Positions 56,849 to 64,000 of a stretch of 64,000 nucleotides of DNA are shown here, piece after piece; the first letter of the stretch is position 1; every line of letters starts with the position of its first letter. The DNA lies in NCBI RefSeq assembly GCF_006345805.1, contig NC_043001.1:99510001-99574000 (forward strand), in the 5' to 3' direction. The translations under genes and the position numbers were made by a program. This DNA comes from Octopus sinensis. Lineage: Eukaryota. The notes beneath the pieces are model-generated. The model was not told the origin of the DNA and made no database searches. It was given only the letters and a program-made list of their open reading frames with translations.

Positions 56849-56935
56849 AATGAGATAAAAATCCAAGGCTGTGAAAGATCTCAGAACATTTATAAATGTT
56901 CTAAAATCTTTCACAGCCTTGGATTTTATCTCATT
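56849..56935. repeat. 87-bp loop-less palindrome of Penelope-like terminal sequence
   Basis: Centre agaacattta|taaatgttct. The arms differ by one indel and two mismatches; the sequence matches 47822-47867. Confidence 0.9.
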
Positions 56936-56952
56936 TTATCTCATTATCAATT

Positions 56953-57013
<61 letters not shown>

Positions 57014-57675
57014 ATATTTGAAAAAAGAATGACTTCACTGGAAGTTCTAATCAGTTTAATTTATTATTTTATAATTTTTTAAAAATATAATTTTTACACT
57101 TTAGTTCATAGATCTAGTAAGTTCTTTGCTATTTTGAGTGGGGAGATTTTTTTGCAAAAATTCCTTGCTAATTTTTCTGGAAAACTTTATTGCATTCCTT
57201 GTCAAACAGATCTGATGGTTTGGGGTCTTTATGATTCTATATATGGGATTTGGGTGTGTTTGGGGTGGAGATGGGGTTTGTTAATCAGTGTGAGAGTGAA
57301 AGAGTGTTGATGAATAAGAGCTGAAGGAAAATAGTGAATGGTCAAAACAAGATACTTGATTGGGGGTGGAGTTAGGAGGTGGTGGGGTGTTAAATGAGTG
57401 TTTTGTGAAGCCATTTGAATAGTTGACAATGGTCAAATGTTTTTTCTAAATTCTTTCTCTTAGTAGTTTTCTGTTTTAGGTGTGTGTCAGGGGTGGTAGT
57501 GTCTTTTGATAGAAATGCTTTTTAATATATATTTTAGTTTCGGAGGGGAGGTGGGGGGATATCATACTAGCTCACATATCTACTTCCCTACATATAATAA
57601 ACAAAAAGTACATATACACATTCCTCTCTCTCTCTCTCTCTCTCTCTCCATATATATATATATATATATATATAT

Positions 57676-58969
57676 CATCATCATCATTATCATCATCGTT
57701 TAGCATCTGCTTTCCATGCTAGCATGGGTTGGACGGTTCAACTGGGGTCTGGGAAGCCAGAAGGCTGCACCAGGCCCAGTCTGATCTGGCAATGTTTCTA
57801 CAGCTGGATGCCCTTCCTAACACCAACCACTTTGTGAGTGTAGTGGGTGCTTTTTATGTGCCACCGGCACAGGTGCCAGATGAGGCTGGCAAACGGCCAT
57901 GATCGGATGGTGCTTTTTACGTGCCACCGGCACTGGGGCCAGGCAAGGCTGGCAATGGTCACGAATGGATGGTGCTTTTTACGTGCCACCAGCACGAGGC
58001 CAGTCAGGGCGGCGCTGGCAACGGCCACGTTCGGATGGTTCTCTTACGTGCCACCGGCACCGGTATCGCAGCTGTAATTTCCATTGATGTTGATCGATTT
58101 CAATTTCTCACTTGCCTCAACAGGTCTTCAAAAGTAGAGTTTTGTGTTCCCAGAAGGAAAGGTATGCATAAGTGGACTGGCACATCCTGGGTTATGGTCT
58201 CACTTGTCCTGCCGGGTCTTCTCACGCACTGCACACTTCCAAAGGTCTCGGTCTCTAGTCATTTCCTCAGTGAGACCTAAAGTTCGAAGGTCGTGCTTCA
58301 CCACCTTGTGCCAGGTTTTCCTGGGTCTGCCTCTTCCACAGGTTCCCTCAACTGCTAGGGTATGGCACTTTTTCACACAACTATCTTCATCCATTCTCGC
58401 CACATGACCATACCAGCGCAAACGTCTCTCTTGCACATTACAACTGATGCTTCTTAGGTCCGGCTTTTCTCTCAAGGTACTTACACTTTGTCGAGTATGA
58501 ACACTGATATTACACATCCATCGGATCATACTGGCTTCATTTCTTGTGAGCTTACCCATATCCTCAGCAGTCACGGCCCATGTTTCACTGCCATGTAGCA
58601 TGGCTGTTCGTACACACGCGTCATACAGTCTCCCTTTTACTCTGAGCGAGAGGTCTTTTGTTACCAGCAGAGGTAAGAGCTCTCTGAACTTTGCCCAAGC
58701 TATTCTTACTCTAGCAGTTACACCTTCAGCACACCCGCCCCCGCTACTGACTTGGTCACCTAGGTAACGGAAGCTATCAACTATTTCTAGTTTTTCTCCC
58801 TGGAATGTGGCAGAAGTTGGTCTCAGAGCATTTTCAGTGTTTATTGCTCCCAAACATCTGCCACATACAAAAACTATCTTCCTGGTTAGCCTTCCTTTGA
58901 CATTGCTGCACCTCTTATGTGTCCATAGCTTACACTTGGTGCATCTTATAGAGTTTCTACCTACACCTT

Positions 58970-58972
<3 letters not shown>
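57676..58972 (-). mobile_element. 5'-truncated RTE LINE with long intact ORF2 C-terminus and minisatellite in the 3' UTR
   Basis: Open frame of about 58970-58200 (FRYLGDQ, LHGSETW, RRLRWYGHVARM, GRGRPRKTW); (GAT)n tail; both ends lie in (TA)n. Confidence 0.93.
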
Positions 58973-59034
<62 letters not shown>

Positions 59035-59230
59035 TACATATATAAATAAATGCACGTATATCTATCTGCACATACATACATATATATAGAGAGAGTAAAA
59101 TATTCTGTTTTATTGACTTCGAGAAACTCCGTTTCATGTAGCCAATCCTCAGACCAGTAAGCAATGGTTTGTAAATGTTTTATAGACCAGCGTGTTGTTC
59201 CAAAAGTTCATTTCTGTCTACTGATCAATT

Positions 59231-59269
<39 letters not shown>

Positions 59270-60391
59270 TTTATTTGGATATTAACCCTGGTATTTACCC
59301 TGTTAAGCTCATTTATAGGTATTAGCTATTAGAAAAGATAATAATCTGGAGATTGTTTTATCAAACAAGAGTCTGAAAATTCATAAACATCCATAGGATT
59401 TTTACAATTACAAAGAAAGAGTGGGCAAGTTTTTCATTACATCAAATTACATCTGAATTTGATCTCATCAATTTTGCATATAGCAACAATATATGCAACT
59501 ATTGCACATGTAATAATATATGCAGCTGTTGGTTCTTTAGGTGTCATTGAAATGATACATACCAAACCAGACTCATCAGAATTAGGTATAAGAAGTCATT
59601 TGCTGCAGGAACTTGAATTATCTAGAATTTACACATAAACCAAGCTCTATTACAGGATTGCATTTATATATTACAAACAAAACAAATCACCAGAGTGAAT
59701 TAACTGGCCAAGGAAGAAAAAAAAGAAACAGAAAAAATATCTTTTTCTTTTCAGGTGTAATAATGAAATATTTACTTATTATCAGTTTCTATAACAACAA
59801 AAAGATTTTATAGTTGTGTTCTTTATTAATATTTTATGGTTCTTAAAGTGTATCTATTTCAATAGCTATTTAGATCAGAAAGCTCTAACATACATCTACC
59901 ATTTTATCACTCTAAAGTCTGTTGTCTGCCAAATTATAGCAGTCAGCCAGAATGTTGTCAATCTAGAAGTCCAGTATTAGCTACCTCAATAGCCAGTGGT
60001 CACACATACATACAGAAAAAGATATAGAAAATTCATACACACAAATGTTTTTAAAGGCTTATATGCTGCATCTTAAGTTGAAAAAAAAAGGACAGAGTAA
60101 ATTAATTTATACACATATTCAAAGGATCATTTTTGTGTGTTTACAAATGAATGAAAATTAAAAAATTCTTCATCCTTATATTCATTTTGACTCATTCATA
60201 TTCTCTGACTCAAAGATTTTTCAATCATAAATTAATGTAGATATAATGGTACGCCTTGGATATATATATTAATAATACCCAAATTTCAAAGTCCCAGGTA
60301 AAGTCATTTGAAGGCTGGGATATATGTATTCCTGATACACCCACATAGAATTCCATTTAGAAGTCTTTCCAAAATGGGTTTTGAATGGTAA

Positions 60392-61606
60392 TCAGATCAA
60401 TGAAATTTTCGATTTCGAACTGAAAGTTTATTTTACTTTATCTCAGCAAAAAGCAATGCAGTTAATCAAAGCATGCACCTAAATTATCAACACAATTTTT
60501 CAATTTTTATCAGTAGCTTATTTATGCTGGCAGCGAAGAAGTGATGAAATCACAAAGGGCTGTTTTTTTGCTTTCTTCAGATTTGAAGTTTTTTCCTTGT
60601 GAAAGTTGTCTAATGCCTGGAAAACAAGATAATCAGTTGGTGCAAGGTCTGGTGAATATGGTGGGTGATCAAATTCTTCCAAGTTCAGTTCCTGTAACTT
60701 GAGTAGCATTCTTTGTGCAGCATGTGGCCGAGCATTGTCTTGCAAGATAATTGGCCTGTCTCTTTTGACCAATCTCAGTTGTTTAATTGCAATTTCACTC
60801 ATCATTTCATCTAGTTAGTTGATGTATACATCCTCTGTAATTGACTTACGAAGTCTCATGAAGCTTTTTTTGGTGAATATTCTTTTTTGGATTGTGTTTT
60901 TGTACTTTGTCTCTATCCAACCATCATACAGAATGCTTGCTATTGTTGAAAAGTATCCATTTTTCATCACACATAACAATATGATGCAAAAATCATTCGC
61001 TTTTATGCTGTAACAGCAAAGAACAGCAAATTTCAAGATGACATGTCATTTGATGTTCATTCAGTTTGTGTGGTACCTACTTGTCCAGCTTCTTTACTTT
61101 GCCAATTTGTTTCAGATGGTCCAATACAGTTAGAATCAAAACATCCAACCTTGCTACTAACTCACACATAGTTTGAGATGTATCTGCTTCCACTACTGTT
61201 TCCAGCTCATCATTATCCATCTTGGTCTCAGGTCTACCACGGGGCTGATTTTCAAAAGTATAGTCACCAGACCAGAACTTCTCAAACCATCAACATATAG
61301 TGCACTTATTCGTCACATCTCCATTAAATACCTGTTGATGTTTTGAGCTGTCTGGGATGCATTGGTTTCCTGATGGAACTCATATTCATAAACAACATGA
61401 ATTTTTTATCTATCCACGTGTTCACAAAAATTGATTTACAAGAGAAAACTCACAATGTAATCAGACACACTGAATTGCATTTCGAAAAGTGATGATATAA
61501 CTCTTCAGTGTTGTAAAGCAATGAATTGTCAGGATAAAATTTTAGTGTTAATGACTGTCAAACTTGGTGCATAAGAAAATCAGACATTTCATTCTTAATG
61601 ACCTGA
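60392..61606 (-). mobile_element. Mariner (DD34D) transposon, decayed, with internal deletion
   Basis: YEFHQETNASQTAQNINR, PRGRP, *VPHKL, CDEKW, QDNARPH and PYSPDLAPTD motifs. Degenerate TIR-like ends tcag(a/g)tc..aatgaaat. Confidence 0.85.
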
Positions 61607-62832
61607 GACTTTGACAATGTCCTTCTCTCAATCACTGAATGCCAATTATAGTGGTTTGCTATTAACTAACAACCTCTGCAATTGTCTTACTAAGAATGGG
61701 ACATGGTTGGTCTCTGATCTGGCACAATCCCAACAGCTCATCTTAGCTAATTCTTTTCCTAATTATTTGGAAACTTGACCTGTCAACTTGATGCACTGTC
61801 CCAATCTGTTTACTGTCAGATTGTCACACAATCTATGACATAGCACAGCTCTGATCTTCAAGATGTAGGATATTGGCAAAACTTTTACTTGCAGCTTTTC
61901 TCTTAGCTAGGTTTATCTGATGTATAACTACATGGTACCATTCTTACCACCCACTCTCTTTTTTTTTCATCCTTTACAAGCCTATCTCTTGGCTTTTATA
62001 GATCCATTTGTTGTATCCATGTATCCAGGTAGGATTTACTACCCTTCATTTGGAATTGGTCCTACAAAAATGCATAGGACCATCAAAGTGAAAAACAAAT
62101 TGGATAAAAATACACAGCATATGAGTATCTCTCTCTCTCTCTGTATATATATTGGCTGATAACTAGCAGCAACCAAAAAGTTAAAGGATTTGGAACCCAC
62201 TAATTTTAACGACTATAACAGATTCATAACATTATCTATGATTCTAAGTTGATGTGTGTGTGTGTGTACAGAAAGAGAGAGATAGTAGGTATATGTGAAT
62301 TTTAATGGGGATCTGCTATGACTAGATTTTAAAATGTTCTCTTAAGCTTCCCAAGTTTACAGATTTTATTTTTTTTAGTCTACCACAGAAAATAAATACT
62401 CACATACACACATCAATGTATAAAAGTGAACATATGGAGGGCTGAAACTAAATGCTGTAATGCATACACTTGATAACAACAGTAACAAGAACAACGACAG
62501 TAATCATATCAACAACAAACAAGAACATCAACAGCAACAACAAAGAGAAATTTTCTGGATACAGTCATATCCAGAGATAACAGCAATAGAGTGAGAGGAG
62601 GAGAAGAAGAAGAAGAAGGTAAAGAGAAAATGGAAGAGAAGGGAAAGAATCAATAGATATGGGTATATATATAGAAAGACAAGGAGTTATACAATGCATA
62701 ATCCCATGGTTCTAGGCATTGTTCTGTAAGTGAAACAAATGATATATTGTTAGTTTTGCTTGTTGCTAAATGTGTAGAAGTTTTAATATGATATCAGCAT
62801 TATTGAATAAACCAGCATATATTAATGGCACA

Positions 62833-62878
<46 letters not shown>

Positions 62879-63609
62879 TAAAGACACTGTTATGCATTCA
62901 CACATACACACAGGCATATAATTATATGTATGTATAAGTAAACACACACACATACACAAAAGAAATAGTCCAGCATAAATATACATATATGAATAAATAA
63001 GAATTGATGATGAGTTATGTTAGGTCTGTTTGCCTGGCTCTCTGTATGATATGCACGAAGAGATAGAGATGCATGTGTATGTGTATATACGTATATATAT
63101 TTAATATTTCTACATTAATTTTGCATGTATGCGTGAGTGAGTATGTGTGTGTATGTGTTATTGTGTGTGTGTGTTTGTTATAATTTAGTGAATGAAACCA
63201 ACATTGGCAACTACTGACAGGTCTTTTGCATGAAAATCATGCTATTCTCTTGGTTACTATGGTATTGCATACTTTTTCTGTCATTCATTGATATTGCTTG
63301 TATATATATATATATGTATGTATGTATGTGTGTGTGTATATATATATAATACAAATAAGAAAATGGAGGAACAAATTCTTTTCAATCTTCAACTTACAGA
63401 TATTACCATTTCATATTATTTATTAACTATATAAATAGGAACATCCAAATCAAACAAAACAATATACCATAAGAATAATACACATAAAATGGTCCATACA
63501 GCTGTTTCAGCCTATAGATAAAAGTATCTCATTCTGCCTATATTAGTCAGATGTATTGAGGTAATATGCAGTTAGAAATGAGTTATATATATATCCCAAG
63601 TCACACCAA

Positions 63610-63700
63610 ACCTTGTTTTCTGTTTTGGCATGGTTTCTATGGCTGGATGCCATTCCTAGGCCAACCACTATATGTGTACTTTTTACATGCCACCAGCAGC
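63610..63700 (-). mobile_element. Degenerate RTE 3'-tail fragment
   Basis: ggcatggtttctatggctggatgccattcctaggccaacc. Confidence 0.6.
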
Positions 63701-64000
63701 AGTGAGATTACCAAGTAACTTGCAAGGCAATACCCCTTAACTGAGGGATACTGTGGTATTGGAGGACAGAAAAAGAGGGTCCTTGCATACAAGGAGAAAC
63801 AAGGCTGCTTCAGGTGAGAAAGAAGTGGAGAGTGAGAGATGAAAGAGAGGAGATGGTGAAGATGTGATGAGGATGGGATGAGGTAGTGAGTGGGATCAGG
63901 TGAGTCGGTGAGTTCTCAAGATTGAGAAAAGAAAGAAATAGGTGAAGAGGGAGATGAAGTGTGTGTGGGCACAGGTAGAGAGAAGGGGTACTGGGAAGGT

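Noticed and set aside
57846-58062. CRISPR-like 25-bp repeats with about 37-41-bp spacers
   Set aside because: The spacers resemble each other, the array is inside an RTE 3' UTR, and there are no cas genes in this eukaryotic context.
62460-62620. (CAA)- and (GAA)-rich stretches as polyQ/N/E coding sequence
   Set aside because: Short degenerate microsatellites with no ORF or splice context.

Overview
Eukaryotic, AT-rich, repeat-dense DNA. It is most consistent with an octopus (coleoid cephalopod) genome; this is inferred from the tRNA-SINE families, the huge TA/TG simple-sequence arrays and the intronless poly-C2H2 gene. There is one well-supported host gene: an uninterrupted 2404-aa C2H2 zinc-finger ORF (16381-23595, +) with about 39 fingers by manual count. 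Thirty of them form six copies of one five-finger cassette whose DNA-contacting helices are conserved, while synonymous sites and spacers have diverged. The rest is mostly transposon debris: CR1-like and RTE LINEs, Penelope-like remnants, a Tc1 and a mariner, and several SINE families. Multi-kb alternating purine-pyrimidine arrays produce the long spurious Y/I/H/T/M/C/V ORFs. Seven minimal hammerhead-ribozyme-like motifs were found by eye, including one with a compensatory U3-A8 core (53017-53059) and a divergent pair in a 330-bp foldback (41543-41870). Other notable items are a CR1-like ORF1 with Myb/SANT-like plus CCCH motifs, a PHD-like finger inside RTE ORF2, a 594-bp tandem duplication carrying minus-strand exon-like segments, and a short near-identical copy of ZNF coding sequence 7.6 kb downstream. 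All alignments, counts and folds were done by eye; repeat boundaries are approximate unless a TSD or TIR is given.
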